Below are positions 49,486 to 60,773 of a stretch of 64,000 nucleotides of DNA, piece by piece. Position numbers and translations under genes: made by a program. This DNA comes from a virus: IMG/VR virus record IMGVR_UViG_3300038468_000190, positions 76,125 through 140,124 of that record. One strand, 5' to 3'. Position 1 is the stretch's first letter; every line of letters begins with the position of its first letter. The notes below the pieces were generated by a model that saw only the letters and a list, made by a program, of their open reading frames with translations, was not told the DNA's origin and did no database searches.

Positions 49486-49947
49486 TCACCGGTTCGGGAC
49501 GAGCGCGATGTGCGTGATGGGCATCTCGTAGTAGAGGCCGTTCGCGGTGCGGATGAGAAGACGCGCGATGCCGCCGTTTATGACGTAGACGTCGACGACC
49601 TCGCCCACGTATTCGTTCGAGAACTGGACCGTGATGTCAGGGACATCCGGGTCGCTCGCCTGCTTCAGGCCGACCACGACCTTGTCCATGAACGCCTGCC
49701 TCGTCAGCACATCCGGAGGCGTCACGAGATCGAGCGCGTCTTCCCGCACGCCGCTCGCCATGAGGGCGCTCGCGTTGATCGCCCACGTGATGCCGTTATC
49801 CGCAACGGTCGCGATGATGAGGTTCGGGGCGCCGGCGACGATCCGCGTCACGACCGCGAGGACCGGCGGCTGGGGATTCAGGTGGCCGGCGCCGAGGGTA
49901 GAGCTCGTAAGCTTCGGTCGTACCCGGTCGCCGACGGCGATGGCCAT
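49486..49947 (-). CDS. Putative structural protein (paralog of 48997..49482)
   Basis: See paralog; TAGCCT -10 box 7 nt upstream. Confidence 0.6.
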   Translation of the reverse strand: MAIAVGDRVRPKLTSSTLGAGHLNPQPPVLAVVTRIVAGAPNLIIATVADNGITWAINASALMASGVREDALDLVTPPDVLTRQAFMDKVVVGLKQASDPDVPDITVQFSNEYVGEVVDVYVINGGIARLLIRTANGLYYEMPITHIALVPNR

Positions 49948-49991
49948 GCCAGAGAGGCTAACCGCCCGGGGGCCGCCCGGTCAAGCGGCTC

Positions 49992-50624
49992 TCACGATCG
50001 GCGCAAATACCTGCGTTCGTCATCGAACATCATGCTGTGCTCGATGAGCTTTACCGCCCGGTGCTCGCCCGAGAGGGCCTCGATGATGAGCGCTCGGGCA
50101 ATCGCCGTCGGCGTCGTGCCAATGGCCGCCGCCCGGCGCTTCAGGGCACGGTTTGCGCCCTGCGTGATCGTCGCGCGCTCGAGAAACGGCGACCGCTCCG
50201 CGGGCTTTCCCATCTTGTAGCGCTTGCCCTTCCAGTACCAGAAGGAGAGCGCGCCGGGCTCCTTGTCACCCATCAGGTACTCCTGAATCAGAGCCCGAAG
50301 AAGCACCGGCCCGCGGAGCTCCCGATACGCGCACTCCTCGAGCCACGCCTTGTGCACCGGCGGCGGCATGAACAAGTGAAACTGGTAGTAACGCTTGAAC
50401 CGCCCGCTCTCGTCCGGACGCGCCGACGTGATCCTGAGGCCGTTCTTCGACTTTTGGATCTTCGCCTCGGCGCGCGCTTCGAGAAGGAGCTCCGCTTGCA
50501 CGCCGAGCCGCTCGGCGAGCGCGTCGATCTCGTCGTCCCTCGCGGGGAGCGTCGCCCACTTCGTTCCGAGGAGGCGCTCGAGAAGCCAGCTCCTGAACGA
50601 ATAGACGCGCTCCCAGCCGCTCAC
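49992..50624 (-). CDS. Putative DNA-binding protein with two RHH-like units
   Basis: 'LFMPPPVHKAW...LLRALIQEYL' and 'ITQGANRALKRRAAAIGTTPTAIARALI'. Confidence 0.5.
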   Translation of the reverse strand: MSGWERVYSFRSWLLERLLGTKWATLPARDDEIDALAERLGVQAELLLEARAEAKIQKSKNGLRITSARPDESGRFKRYYQFHLFMPPPVHKAWLEECAYRELRGPVLLRALIQEYLMGDKEPGALSFWYWKGKRYKMGKPAERSPFLERATITQGANRALKRRAAAIGTTPTAIARALIIEALSGEHRAVKLIEHSMMFDDERRYLRRS

Positions 50625-50965
50625 GACGCCGTCGTGTCCTCTTTCATCTTGATGTGCGTGCAGTAGACAACGTCCTCGGGATGGATCGCAATCACCGCCG
50701 CCTCGCCCGGCTCTGGGATCGGAGCCCGCAAGAGGAGCATGAGTTTGCCCTCTTCCTCTCCCGGGGCGATCGACAAGATCCCCTTCAGGTACTCGCTCGC
50801 CCTGACCCCCGAACCGTCGCGCGCGATCGTCGGATCGTACGAGAACTGCACCCCCATGTACGGGTAGCGGAGCTGCAGCATCACGGGCTTTCGGTCAAAC
50901 TCGAGCCAGCCAGTCGGACCTCGTTCAGTTTCGGACATGTGCGATTTCTCCTTCGGTTGACACAC
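50621..50965 (-). CDS. Hypothetical protein
   Basis: ORF coupled to its neighbours. Confidence 0.5.
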   Translation of the reverse strand: MCQPKEKSHMSETERGPTGWLEFDRKPVMLQLRYPYMGVQFSYDPTIARDGSGVRASEYLKGILSIAPGEEEGKLMLLLRAPIPEPGEAAVIAIHPEDVVYCTHIKMKEDTTAS

Positions 50966-51599
50966 CGGTCGGAGTGACCAGTGTCACGACGCCGATCGCC
51001 GCGAGTATCTTCATTGGGGCGCGGCTTCCTAGCACACGCTCGAGGTCCGCATCACGGACTTCTCCCCTCGAGTGAAGGAGCGCCACGAGCCTCCAAAAAC
51101 GGATCCGGTGCGCCCGGATGATCGCGCGCGCGTAGCCGTAGGCAGCCCGTAGGAGCTCCGACTCCTCGGCCGTGAGCGGCTCCACGAACATCTTCGAGAA
51201 CGGCACCGTCACGGCCGGGGCCGAAACCTTCGGCTCGTAGCCGGCGGCGATGAGAGCGGCGGAGAGGGCCCGAGCCTTGTCGAGATCGGAGGCTGCCGGG
51301 CCACTCCGAAACCGGCCGAAAACCTGGAGCTCTCCAGCAATCCCCGCGAGGAGAACGACGAGCTCGGCCCACTGCGCCGCTGAAATGTCCGGGACCGGCC
51401 TCCCCGCGCAGAGCGTCTTGCCGCTGTCGTCCTCGCAAAGAACGGTCACCGTGCCGACGTGCGTCGCTCCCCAGGCAACGATCGCGTGCCCCGCTTCGTG
51501 CGCCGAGACGCGGCCACGCATGCTTTGGAGAGGGTGGAGCTCCGAGGAGCGCTCGGTCGGCGGCCTAGCTTTTCTCCGGAACCAATCCCAGATGTTCAC
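50925..51599 (-). CDS. Stand-alone M41 (FtsH-protease-domain-like) metallopeptidase
   Basis: 'SAHEAGHAIVA', 'LLAGIAGE', 'AASDLDKA'. Confidence 0.8.
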   Translation of the reverse strand: MNIWDWFRRKARPPTERSSELHPLQSMRGRVSAHEAGHAIVAWGATHVGTVTVLCEDDSGKTLCAGRPVPDISAAQWAELVVLLAGIAGELQVFGRFRSGPAASDLDKARALSAALIAAGYEPKVSAPAVTVPFSKMFVEPLTAEESELLRAAYGYARAIIRAHRIRFWRLVALLHSRGEVRDADLERVLGSRAPMKILAAIGVVTLVTPTGVSTEGEIAHVRN

Positions 51600-52520
51600 G
51601 GCTGCCTTACCGCCGTGCCAGGCGCGAGCCCATCCAGCGGATCACCGTCTCCCCGCTCGATCGCTTCCTCCCGTAACCGGATGGCCTCGGCAAGGTAACG
51701 CGCCGACTCGAGGGCGGCTGCCTCGTCGTTCGGGCGGAAGGCGAGCTCGGCGCACGCGAAGCGCTGCACCGACAGATACCTGAGGCTCGGCTTCTTGTCG
51801 TTCTCCTGGCCCGGGCGGTACTCGCGCCAGATCGCGTCGCGCGTTTTCTTCCTGAGCGCGAACCAGTGGGCCCTGCACGCGAACATCTTCGGCGGGACCT
51901 GCCGGCTGCAGCCCGGCGCGTGGCAGGTGTGGCTCACCAGTCCTCCTCCGGACATTTGCACACCACTCGACCCGACGGCTCGCGAAAACATCCGGACCTG
52001 TCCCAGCCCGGCGGATCAGCGGCATTGAGAACGACGTCGTCGATCTCGAGTGAGCCTCCGATGCCCGGCGCTCTCAGGATTGATCCGTCCGGGGCCCTGA
52101 CGCCAATCCACATCGTGCCCAAGAGCCCGCACACGAAGATGCCCTTGTCGGTCTCGAGAAGAACGTCCTCGTGGCATACGTAGCCGTCCGCATCCTTCAT
52201 CCAGTCTCGTAGCGTTTTGCCGACGGCAAACCACTCGAGCGGACTCGTGCCGCCGGTCGTCGTGGCGATCATGTCTCGAATCAGCTCGCCGTCCGTTTTC
52301 TCGCTCATCGCTCCAAGTGCTCCCGTAAGAGACGTCTTTCCATCTCTTCTCTCGACGCCGCCTGCGCCATGGCGAGCACCGCCGCGAACTCCGGAATGGT
52401 CATCGTGACCGCGGGCTGCGAAAACCCCATCGGAATAAGACTCACTCGCGCCGGATCTCCGTCGGGAAATCCCATGGAGAGCGACACGGTGTAATGATTG
52501 ACCTTCCCTAGCTCCTTCAT
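51596..52520 (-). other. Three small hypothetical genes
   Basis: 51596..~51937 ('HTCHAPGC...MFACRAHWFAL'), 51934..52308, 52305..52520. Confidence 0.6.
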
Positions 52521-53632
52521 GGTCCCGTCCTTTCCGCGCCGATCATGGCCCTGAGCGCGGGCTCGTTCTTCTTCGGCCAGCTCCATGCTGCTCCGATCGC
52601 CAGGGCGTTCTTCTCGGCCGCTTCGGAGAGCCAGGTCCACCGGTCGTAGGCTTCCTTGATCCCAGCCGCGATGGCCTCGAGCGTGACGGACGGCGCCGTC
52701 GCTCCCGGGAAGTCGTCGAGCGGCATGCTTGCGCCGTGCTTCACCTCGACCATCCCTGGTAGCGCAATCGCTGCGTACTCCGAGTGCCCCGTGCACGTCG
52801 TGATCGCGACGGGCGTGCCGGTCGCCAGGGCCTCGAGCGGCACCATCCCGAACCCCTCTGCCCGCGACGGCTGACAGACGAGGTGCATCGAATTGTAGAG
52901 CGCCGCGATCATGCGCTGCCCGAGCGTGAGCCCGGGGCTTACCGTGACGTCGTCCTCGGTGAGCGCGTAGTCGGCCGCCCACCAGCGCACCTTCGAGCAG
53001 TGGGTCGGATTCATGACGACGTAAAGGCGCGCCGTCGCCGGGATGGCGCGCTTGTCCTTCAGGATCTTCCACGCACCGAGAAGGAGCTTCGTGCTCTTCC
53101 TCTCCGCCTCCGTGCTCGACATGTGAAGCACGTTGAAGAGACCTTGCGCGTAGTCTTTCCGCGTTGCCTCGAGCCTCGGCGCAAACGGGCGGTGCACGTT
53201 CGAGAAGACGCCGTGCGGCGCGACGAGGACACGCTTGTCGGGCCACGCTTTCGAGAGGACCTTTGCCCCCCACGCGCTCGGTGTGAGCAGGCCCCCGGTC
53301 AGCAACCCGCGCGGCAAGATGTCGCTCGGCTTCGTGACGGCCTCTATGAAACCGTGCGGGATCGTTTCGCTGTTCGGGGCAAGAAGGAGCCAGTGCTCCT
53401 CGTGGCCGCCCGCTCGGTGCGCCCGAAGCAGGCCCTCCGGCGCCCCGATGTTCAAGGAGAGCCTCGCCGCCTCGCCGCCCGAGAGCCACTTCGCTATCGC
53501 CTCGGGCTCGCCATCGAGCGGATAGAGCCCAGCGAGCTCGCCCATCGCGACAAGGCTCTCCGTCATCCCGCGCGTCACCTGTGAAAACGAGCTCTCGCCG
53601 CTCGCGTAGCCGTAGAGCCTGACGGAGTTCAT
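52517..53632 (-). CDS. Glycosyltransferase family 4 (GT-B)
   Basis: 'PSRAEGFGMVPLEALATGTPV', 'TPSAW', 'PHGV', 'ERKS'. Confidence 0.9.
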   Translation of the reverse strand: MNSVRLYGYASGESSFSQVTRGMTESLVAMGELAGLYPLDGEPEAIAKWLSGGEAARLSLNIGAPEGLLRAHRAGGHEEHWLLLAPNSETIPHGFIEAVTKPSDILPRGLLTGGLLTPSAWGAKVLSKAWPDKRVLVAPHGVFSNVHRPFAPRLEATRKDYAQGLFNVLHMSSTEAERKSTKLLLGAWKILKDKRAIPATARLYVVMNPTHCSKVRWWAADYALTEDDVTVSPGLTLGQRMIAALYNSMHLVCQPSRAEGFGMVPLEALATGTPVAITTCTGHSEYAAIALPGMVEVKHGASMPLDDFPGATAPSVTLEAIAAGIKEAYDRWTWLSEAAEKNALAIGAAWSWPKKNEPALRAMIGAERTGP

Positions 53633-53945
53633 GCGGAGCCCCGCGACGTCATCGTGCGGACGGCGACCTCGATCATCTCGGCCGGCAAGATCTTTCTGGC
53701 GCACGATCCGCAGAGCACCGTGAGCGCGACGAAGCCGAGCCCCGGAGGGCTCGTCACCGTCGTGAAGAAGTCGTTCTCCCAGGCTTGCCGCCGAAGATCT
53801 TCTACGTCGAACGGTATCGTGATGATGAGGCGCCTGTCACAGGCGACCGGCGGCTCGGAGTGCGGACCCGCGCAGTGGAGGTCGAGATAGACTTTGGGCT
53901 TCTCGACCTCCCCGCGGGTCTTTTTGCTGCGGCGCTCTCGGCGGT

Positions 53946-54332
53946 TCACTCGTAGGATTTCTTCATCGCCGTCGCCGAGTAGCCGACGTTGCTCGAGATG
54001 AACTGGCTCATCCACTCCCACTGGTTCAGGACGAAGCAGCGAACGAGCGCCTCGTCGAGCTCCACGAACTCCTCCTGATGGAGCTCCAGCATCCGGATGG
54101 CCGCGTCGTACTCCTTCGTGTTGTCCGCCGGGAGCATGAGCCCGAATGAAAGGTGCGCGATCTTGCCGCTCGCGAGCTCGTCGAGCTTCGCCGACAGGGC
54201 CAGCTTCGCCTTCTCGATGTAGCCCACGCGAGCCTCTTTCACGATCTGCTGGTGCTCCTCGCGATTGATCCGCAGTGCCGAGAGGACCTCGTCTTTGCGC
54301 GCCTTGATCTTCATGTTGTTCTGTCCGTACAT
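53946..54332 (-). CDS. Phage-type hypothetical protein
   Basis: 'LRINREEH...EYDAAIRMLE...LNQWEW'. Confidence 0.65.
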   Translation of the reverse strand: MYGQNNMKIKARKDEVLSALRINREEHQQIVKEARVGYIEKAKLALSAKLDELASGKIAHLSFGLMLPADNTKEYDAAIRMLELHQEEFVELDEALVRCFVLNQWEWMSQFISSNVGYSATAMKKSYE

Positions 54333-54717
54333 GTTCTTGTTTCTCCGTTTCTTCGGGTGTCTTTGTCTCATACCCTCGGCATCCAGACGCTCCTGAATTC
54401 GCAGGCGCCGCTCCGCGGCAGTCGCAACGATGGTCCTCATATGAGCCCGTAGTCGCCGCTCGGCGGCATAGGCTGCACCATGCGTCCCATGCCCTGGCCG
54501 AGCTTCGAGAGGATCCACATAAGCAGAACCGCGTCCTCCGCCTCGATGCGGATCGGTTCGCTCCCGCCAGGGCGCGACAGAAGCACGTATGACGGATATG
54601 CCGGTAGCTCGATGCCTGGAGGAAGCGGCGGCCCCCCTGCTCGCTGGGCTATTGTTTCGCTCACAAGCGTCACCGACATCCGATCGGTCTCTACGTTCCA
54701 CTGTCGCTTGTTGCTTG

Positions 54718-56106
54718 TCACCCGAAACTCCCTTGCTGTAAGAGCGCTGCCCTCGACTCGGGCGTCACGATCGACTCGATGCTCTTCACCATCATCCTGC
54801 CGACGACGTGCTCGCCGAATTCTCCGTAGAGCCCCGGGCTCTGCATGCGCACGGTCGGCGGCTCCGCGGCGCGGAGCGCGGCCATGATATTGGGGACAGT
54901 CGGGTTGACGCACCACGTAGCGTTCGGCTCCCAGCCGTAGCCCGCGTGCACCGAATCCAAGGCAGGGTGCAGCATGAGCCCGGACGGGCTGATGGCGACG
55001 TCGCCGCGCCGGGGCTCGGCGTAGTCCTCGGCGCCGCCCCAGCCGGTGAAAACGAGGCGATTGCCGGCGACCTTCGCATCGAAGGCCGGCAGATCCCACG
55101 CTTCGCCGTGCGAGCACGTCACGTAGACGTTGTTCATGCGGTGGACCTCAGCGAGCTGCGGGTCGGAGATCTTCTTCGTCACGATGCGAAGACGCTCGGC
55201 GTAGTTCGCATCCGTCCAGCCGTTCGAGATGACGGCGGGATCAGAGAGCCAGCTTCGGATGCTCTCGCCGGGCGTCGGGTAGTCCTTCCAGCTCCCCCAC
55301 TCGCTCGTCTTCAAAAAGAGCGAGGCCCGGTCCCGCCTCGTGAAGCCGAGGAGAAAGGCGCCGATGAGCGCGTGGTAGTTTTTCCGGGGCTCCCATTTGC
55401 CGATGGCGTAGAAGCGCTTGCCGCTCGGAACCGACTCCGATCCGCGCGGCGCCGCGATGTGCGCCGTCGGGCTCATGTCCGGCGCAAACGGGCATGGGAT
55501 GACGTCGACCCGTTTCACGCCGGCCTTCTTGAAGACGTTAGCGTTCATGCGGCAGGGGACCCACACCCGACCGCAACGGTTCAGGACCTCCACGAGCTCC
55601 GGATGCACCGTGCTCCGCTCCCACGACGTGTAGACGATCGTCGAACGGTACACGTTGAGCTCGTGCTCGAAGTCCACCATGCGCGCGCCCGGCGGACAGA
55701 TGACGTTCTCGGCGTAGTGGTGGTTGTGGAGGATGATCTGCCGAATAGCGACGGGCGACGACGAGAAGCTTGTAGCGCGGAGGTAGTCCATCTGCCGGCG
55801 CACTTCCGGATCGATCTCGTCGTCGAGCATCATGCGGTTCAAGGGGACAGACCGGAGCGCGACTGCCACGCCCGCGCGAGAGAGAGCCCGCGCGGCCGCG
55901 CGCGCATGGCGCGCGAGCCCATCGGCCGCAGGCTGCCAGGGCGCTTGGTAGATGACGCCGAGAGGCAGGAGCGCCTCCCTGCCGGGCGCCACGATCTCCC
56001 GAGCGAGCTCGGCCGGCGTCGGCTCCGGGGGCTTTCCGTCGCCGTCGAGAATCGACGAGGGCGAGAGGTAGCCCTCGAGCGACTGGAAGCCCTCCGGAAG
56101 CGTCAC
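54718..56106 (-). CDS. Glycosyltransferase family 4 (GT-B)
   Basis: 'YTSWE', 'VWVPC..N..VF', 'KWEPRKN', 'SHGEAWDLPAFDA'. Confidence 0.88.
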   Translation of the reverse strand: MTLPEGFQSLEGYLSPSSILDGDGKPPEPTPAELAREIVAPGREALLPLGVIYQAPWQPAADGLARHARAAARALSRAGVAVALRSVPLNRMMLDDEIDPEVRRQMDYLRATSFSSSPVAIRQIILHNHHYAENVICPPGARMVDFEHELNVYRSTIVYTSWERSTVHPELVEVLNRCGRVWVPCRMNANVFKKAGVKRVDVIPCPFAPDMSPTAHIAAPRGSESVPSGKRFYAIGKWEPRKNYHALIGAFLLGFTRRDRASLFLKTSEWGSWKDYPTPGESIRSWLSDPAVISNGWTDANYAERLRIVTKKISDPQLAEVHRMNNVYVTCSHGEAWDLPAFDAKVAGNRLVFTGWGGAEDYAEPRRGDVAISPSGLMLHPALDSVHAGYGWEPNATWCVNPTVPNIMAALRAAEPPTVRMQSPGLYGEFGEHVVGRMMVKSIESIVTPESRAALLQQGSFG

Positions 56107-56372
56107 GTGGGCTCGGGTTCGCTCTCGGGCTCCGGATCGTCGTCTTCCTCTGGCTCGTCTTCCTCGTCGTCCTCGTACGGCCTGGTCTCGGTCCGCAGCG
56201 TCATCGCGACGAGATTCTTGCCGGCCTTTTCCCGCTGCTCTTGAAACCACTTCTCGAACGCGTTCCACCACGCCGGCACCTCGCCCGTCGGCGGGTACTC
56301 GCCGTAGCTGTCGGCGAACGCGTCCAGGCACTCCGCTCGCGTCACCCACTCGAACTCGTGTTTTCTTGCCAT
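56103..56372 (-). CDS. Small protein with acidic tail
   Basis: 'EDDEEDEPEEDDDPE'. Confidence 0.55.
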   Translation of the reverse strand: MARKHEFEWVTRAECLDAFADSYGEYPPTGEVPAWWNAFEKWFQEQREKAGKNLVAMTLRTETRPYEDDEEDEPEEDDDPEPESEPEPT

Positions 56373-56540
56373 CCTACCGCTCCTTTTTCCGCGCTCGTCT
56401 CTCGCGCTTGCGCTCGTTACGGGATTTCGTGACTGCCGGGTGCGCCCGGAACATCAGGGTCTCGGTGTGCGTCGGCTCGACCTGCCTCCTCAGAACGACG
56501 TCGACGGCCTCGACCCGATCGACAAGGCGCTTCTTGAGAC

Positions 56541-56834
56541 TCATCCCTCTTCGACGACGCCGACGATGTCGTCTTCGTTCATGACCATGCGCCGTTCGTT
56601 GTCCTGCTCGAACTCGAAGCCCGAGTACTTACCGAAGATCACCCTGTCGCCGACCTTGATCTGCGGCTCTCGCCGGCCGCCGTTCGGTAGGGCCTTGCCG
56701 GGCCCGGTGAAGAGCACGACGCCGCGCGTGACCGGCTCCTTTGCGTTGTCGGGGATGATGATCCCGCCAGCCGTCTTCGAGTCGGCCTCGTCGCGCTTGA
56801 CGATCACACGGTCGTTCATGGGTCGGATTTTCAT
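56541..56834 (-). CDS. groES: Co-chaperonin GroES
   Basis: 'MKIRPMNDRVIVKR...KTAGGIIIPDNAKE...GPGK...KVGDRVIFGKYSG...MNEDDIVGVV'. Confidence 0.97.
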   Translation of the reverse strand: MKIRPMNDRVIVKRDEADSKTAGGIIIPDNAKEPVTRGVVLFTGPGKALPNGGRREPQIKVGDRVIFGKYSGFEFEQDNERRMVMNEDDIVGVVEEG

Positions 56835-57018
56835 TTTCCTTTTGTCCTTTTGGGGCCGGACTCCCGGCTCGAGTAGTAATCGGCGCTTCGATTGGCAAGC
56901 CACTCGATCGTCGAGTGCTCCCTCACGCTATAGAGCGGCGCCTTGCCGAGGACCGCGCGCACCGCATCGACCACGGCGCGGTTACGGCGCTGCGTCTCGC
57001 TGATCTGCCCCGCCTTCA

Positions 57019-57618
57019 TCATGCGGGCCACACCTTGCTGTCGTCGATACGCACGGCCCAGTTACAGTTGAAGTTACTGCAGCGGAGGATCTCCTCGCAC
57101 GTCACCGTGCCGCAGATCCGGATCCAGCGCTCCGTCCCCCACGCCACGAGACGGACCAGGGTGCCCGCCTTGCGCGTGTCCAAAAACCACTTGCGGTGGC
57201 TTTTGCGAACGAGCATCTGCGACCGGGCCGCCGACTCGCCACGCTCGACACACCGCGGACAGACCAAAACGAAAAACTCTTCCTGATCCGGCGAGACCAG
57301 GATCTCGCCTACGCATTCCTGCCAGACCGTCTTGTCCCTCAGCATGTAGTAGAAGACGAGCTTCGGCGCGTCCGAATCCATGAGCCGAAGGCTGTGCAGG
57401 CGCGACGACACGAAGCCGTCCTGAGTCATCTGATCGCCGGCTTGCGCAGCCTGCATCTGCTTGTCTTGGTGCGCGCGGCCGAGCTCCGTCATACGCTGCT
57501 CCTCTGCGCGCTGCTTGTCGTAGGAGCTCGGGGTCGTGCCGCCCTTGATGATGATCTCGGGCAGCCCCCCGAGCGTCGACGGCGGGTCCTTCAGGTCGGA
57601 CATGAATCGGGATATCAC
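57019..57618 (-). CDS. Cys-containing hypothetical protein
   Basis: CPRC and a C-terminal C..C..C..C cluster. Confidence 0.6.
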   Translation of the reverse strand: MISRFMSDLKDPPSTLGGLPEIIIKGGTTPSSYDKQRAEEQRMTELGRAHQDKQMQAAQAGDQMTQDGFVSSRLHSLRLMDSDAPKLVFYYMLRDKTVWQECVGEILVSPDQEEFFVLVCPRCVERGESAARSQMLVRKSHRKWFLDTRKAGTLVRLVAWGTERWIRICGTVTCEEILRCSNFNCNWAVRIDDSKVWPA

Positions 57619-57647
57619 TGCTAGCTCGACGTGCTAGCCTTGTCAAG

Positions 57648-57980
57648 ATGCCCGGGCCGCCGCCGCCGAAACTTCCGATCTGTCGTCCGGACGCACTCGA
57701 CGAGAACGTCGAGAGCGTGCTCCTAAAGACCCTCCATGTAGCGCACGCCGCGCTCCTCGAAGATCTGCTCTGGCTCATCGGCAATGACGCCCTCACCGCC
57801 GGCCATACCTTCACTAGCTACCGCGAGATGCTCCACGAGCATCTCTTAGAGGCTCGCCGCCAGAGCGACCAATGCGACGAGGGGCCGAGCTGCCATCTTC
57901 GAAAGCTGCTTTCCCGGCTCGACCTCGAACGTCCTCGCCTGGCTCGCTACAAGGTGCGCCTCAAGCCGCGTCGCGGCTAG
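57648..57980 (+). CDS. Hypothetical protein
   Basis: 110 aa; TAGCCT -10 box 7 nt upstream of the ATG. Confidence 0.5.
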   Translation: MPGPPPPKLPICRPDALDENVESVLLKTLHVAHAALLEDLLWLIGNDALTAGHTFTSYREMLHEHLLEARRQSDQCDEGPSCHLRKLLSRLDLERPRLARYKVRLKPRRG

Positions 57981-58279
57981 CGACGAAGCGCGCGCGCGGT
58001 CATCGCGAACGCCGTGATCCCGACGCTCCCCCAGATGAGCGGCCCCCAGCCGTACTCCTTGGCCGCCTCCTTGAGGCTCACGCCGAGGAGCGGGAGGCCG
58101 ACCGCGAGGCCCACGATTCCGACAGCTGGCTTTTGTTCGACGGCTCGATCGAACATTTCTTTTTCCCGGAGCGCGCGCACGGCCTCGTAAGCGAGGACGC
58201 CTCCCCCGAACACGGCCGCGAAGGCGAGGAACGCCTCCTGGCGTTCGGTATCGGTTCCGGGGATGACGTCGTCCGTCAT
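57977..58279 (-). CDS. Small three-TM membrane protein
   Basis: Three hydrophobic segments in 100 aa (holin-like topology). Confidence 0.6.
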   Translation of the reverse strand: MTDDVIPGTDTERQEAFLAFAAVFGGGVLAYEAVRALREKEMFDRAVEQKPAVGIVGLAVGLPLLGVSLKEAAKEYGWGPLIWGSVGITAFAMTARALRR

Positions 58280-58304
58280 GGCTCTTTCCGAGTGTACCAG
58301 GGTT

Positions 58305-60770
58305 TCACGGAGTCGACCGCACCCACCAGGCGTCCACCCGAAAGCCGTTGCCAGTGTTGTCGGTTCCGGGCTGCACGTATTTGATGCTGAGCCACTGTCC
58401 TCCGGTCATCTCGACCGGATTCGTCAGAACCTCGGCGGAATTCGTCGCGTGGACCAGGACGGCTGAGAGCGCCGTGTCCGTCGCCATGTCGAGCCGGAGC
58501 GTGAACGTGAGATCGTCCGTCGTCATGGCGGTATTCACACGCACTCTCAGGCCGAGCGCCACCCACTTGTCGGTCGAGGCGCCCGGCACCTGAAGGGCGA
58601 CGTTCAGTTCGGTTGCGTTCAGTCCCTGGCCGGCCGCAGCCGTCGGACAATAGCGTGTGACCGCCGCCGCGGCGGGTCCAGAGAAACCCCATTGCCAGCC
58701 GCCCGAGAGATTCGGGTAGGTGAGGACGACGTTCGCCCAGAGGCCCGTGACGCCGAGCCCAGTCCAATCGACGGGGCCGCCAGGAATGGACGGCTTGGCG
58801 CCGAGCGTCCACGCGCTCGCCTTGTTGAAGGCGATGGCCGACGTGCCGAAGGCGTTATTGAGTCCCCAGATGAGATTGAAGATCGAGTCCGTCCGGACGA
58901 ACGCGCCGCCTTCGAGCCCGATGGCGTTATTGCCCGTGCAGTCGACGAACTGCATGTCGTTGTTGGCTTCGGTCGGCGCCTGATAGATGCCGCCATTTTC
59001 GATCGAGAGCCGCACGTTGTCCCAGCACGAGCCTTCGAGCTGCTGGATAAGCCCGTGGCTTGCGACGAGCAGGACGCCGGCATTTCCCGTGTCCGTCGTG
59101 TAGACGCACATCCGATTGATCTGTTTCTGGTTTTCGATGAAGACCTGCCCCGTCGTGGTTTCGTACTGGCAGACGCTCGTCGTGCACTCGCCGTCGCGAA
59201 ACATGATGTCGCCGCCCGCGCCACTGCCGACGAGCTTGCATGCATAGAGGATCATCTCGCCCGCTTCGTGACTCGAACCTTGGACGCGGTGCGCGCTCAC
59301 CTTGTTGTCATACGGATTGACCTGGCAGTCGCGGATCACCATCCTGCCGCCGCCCGTGATCTGAATGTTCAGGGTGCCGAGGTTCGAGTTGAAGGTCTGC
59401 TTCTCGTAGGTATCGCCTACGGCCGGGTTGAGATTGGAAACGGTCAGCGTCGTCAGCGGGTCGGCGATGAAGCCCCAACGCGTGACGTTGACGGTCCCGC
59501 CGACGCCAGCCGAGACGACCCGTGTCACGTAGGCGATGGCGCCCGTCGCAGCGCCACTGGTCACCTGGAGCCGTTGCCGATCTATGGCGGCCGCCCCCGT
59601 AGCGACGACTGTGCCGCGTTGGGCGCCAGCGTTCGTCGCGGCAGCCCCGGCCAGGGTCGGTAAAAGCCCCGCGGCAAACGTGTCGGCAACGCCAGTGAGT
59701 GGTGCCCCTTGAACGAGAAGTGTGCCGGTATTCGGAGCAGCGAGTCCCGTATCTCGAAGTTCGATCTGCAAATCGAAGACGTCGCCCGAGTAGTCACCCG
59801 GACCGAGCGTCACGGTGACCGCGTGGTCGATGACGGCGCCACGAAGGCGGTTACAGAGTTCGCGAATCGTCTTCAGAGGCGTGAGCGCGGTGGTGCCGTC
59901 GTTGCCGTCGTTACCCGCGCCGAAGTCCAAAAACCACGTCGTCTCGTATTGAGCGGCGAGATTTCGCACGTACTGCCGCGTGAAGATCGCTCCGGCGGGT
60001 CCTGCCGGTGCGACAGCGTTTGCGACATCGGCCGCTGCTAAGAGGGCGGCACTCGGCGACTTTTCGAGCTGGAAGAGGTCGTTATTGACGCCCACGGAAG
60101 CGAGCGCGAAGTCCGGCTGTGAGCTCGCATCGAAGGCGGCGAGCGCTGCGACGTTCGGGAATGCGAGCGCGCCCCCCGTGGGGCCCGTCGGACCGGTCTG
60201 ACCCGTTGCGCCCGTACTCGTCGCCGATCCGGGCACGCCCGTCGGACCCGTCGTGCCTGTCGGTCCCGTCGGACCCGTAGCTCCCGTGTTCGTGGCGCTC
60301 CCGGCGACTCCCGTGGGGCCGGTCGCGCCCGTCGGGCCCGTCGGGCCCGTCGATCCCGTTGGACCTGTCCTGCCCGTATCATCGACGAGCCCGGAGACGA
60401 TCATGCCCATGAAGAGCTGACCCTTGCTCGCGCCGGCGACCTGCACGTCGCTCACCCGACCCGACGTCGGTCGCGCGTGGCTCTCCGCGACGGAGAGTGC
60501 CTCGGCCTCGCTTGCCGCGTAGCAGCGGACCGACGGCGGCGTCGCAAACCCGCCGCTCACGTCGGCCGAGAGTCCTGCCTCGATCGTCACCGTGAACGCC
60601 ACTCCATCGCCCGCGCCAGCGAGCGTGATCCCGATGACGACGTAGTTTGCCGGAAGGGCGGTCAGAGCGGCGTTTACGCGGGCTTCGAGGTCGGTAGGCT
60701 CCGAGCTCTCGACCGAGCGACTTATGAGCGACGTCGCGCCCGTGACGACGACGCTGCCGTAGCGGGACAT
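58305..60770 (-). CDS. Collagen-like fibre/spike protein with beta-helix-like domain
   Basis: N-terminal AGAGDG domain, (GxT)n repeats, tailspike-type '[24 protein letters not shown]', beta-rich body. Confidence 0.8.
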   Translation of the reverse strand: MSRYGSVVVTGATSLISRSVESSEPTDLEARVNAALTALPANYVVIGITLAGAGDGVAFTVTIEAGLSADVSGGFATPPSVRCYAASEAEALSVAESHARPTSGRVSDVQVAGASKGQLFMGMIVSGLVDDTGRTGPTGSTGPTGPTGATGPTGVAGSATNTGATGPTGPTGTTGPTGVPGSATSTGATGQTGPTGPTGGALAFPNVAALAAFDASSQPDFALASVGVNNDLFQLEKSPSAALLAAADVANAVAPAGPAGAIFTRQYVRNLAAQYETTWFLDFGAGNDGNDGTTALTPLKTIRELCNRLRGAVIDHAVTVTLGPGDYSGDVFDLQIELRDTGLAAPNTGTLLVQGAPLTGVADTFAAGLLPTLAGAAATNAGAQRGTVVATGAAAIDRQRLQVTSGAATGAIAYVTRVVSAGVGGTVNVTRWGFIADPLTTLTVSNLNPAVGDTYEKQTFNSNLGTLNIQITGGGRMVIRDCQVNPYDNKVSAHRVQGSSHEAGEMILYACKLVGSGAGGDIMFRDGECTTSVCQYETTTGQVFIENQKQINRMCVYTTDTGNAGVLLVASHGLIQQLEGSCWDNVRLSIENGGIYQAPTEANNDMQFVDCTGNNAIGLEGGAFVRTDSIFNLIWGLNNAFGTSAIAFNKASAWTLGAKPSIPGGPVDWTGLGVTGLWANVVLTYPNLSGGWQWGFSGPAAAAVTRYCPTAAAGQGLNATELNVALQVPGASTDKWVALGLRVRVNTAMTTDDLTFTLRLDMATDTALSAVLVHATNSAEVLTNPVEMTGGQWLSIKYVQPGTDNTGNGFRVDAWWVRSTP

Positions 60771-60773
60771 CTC

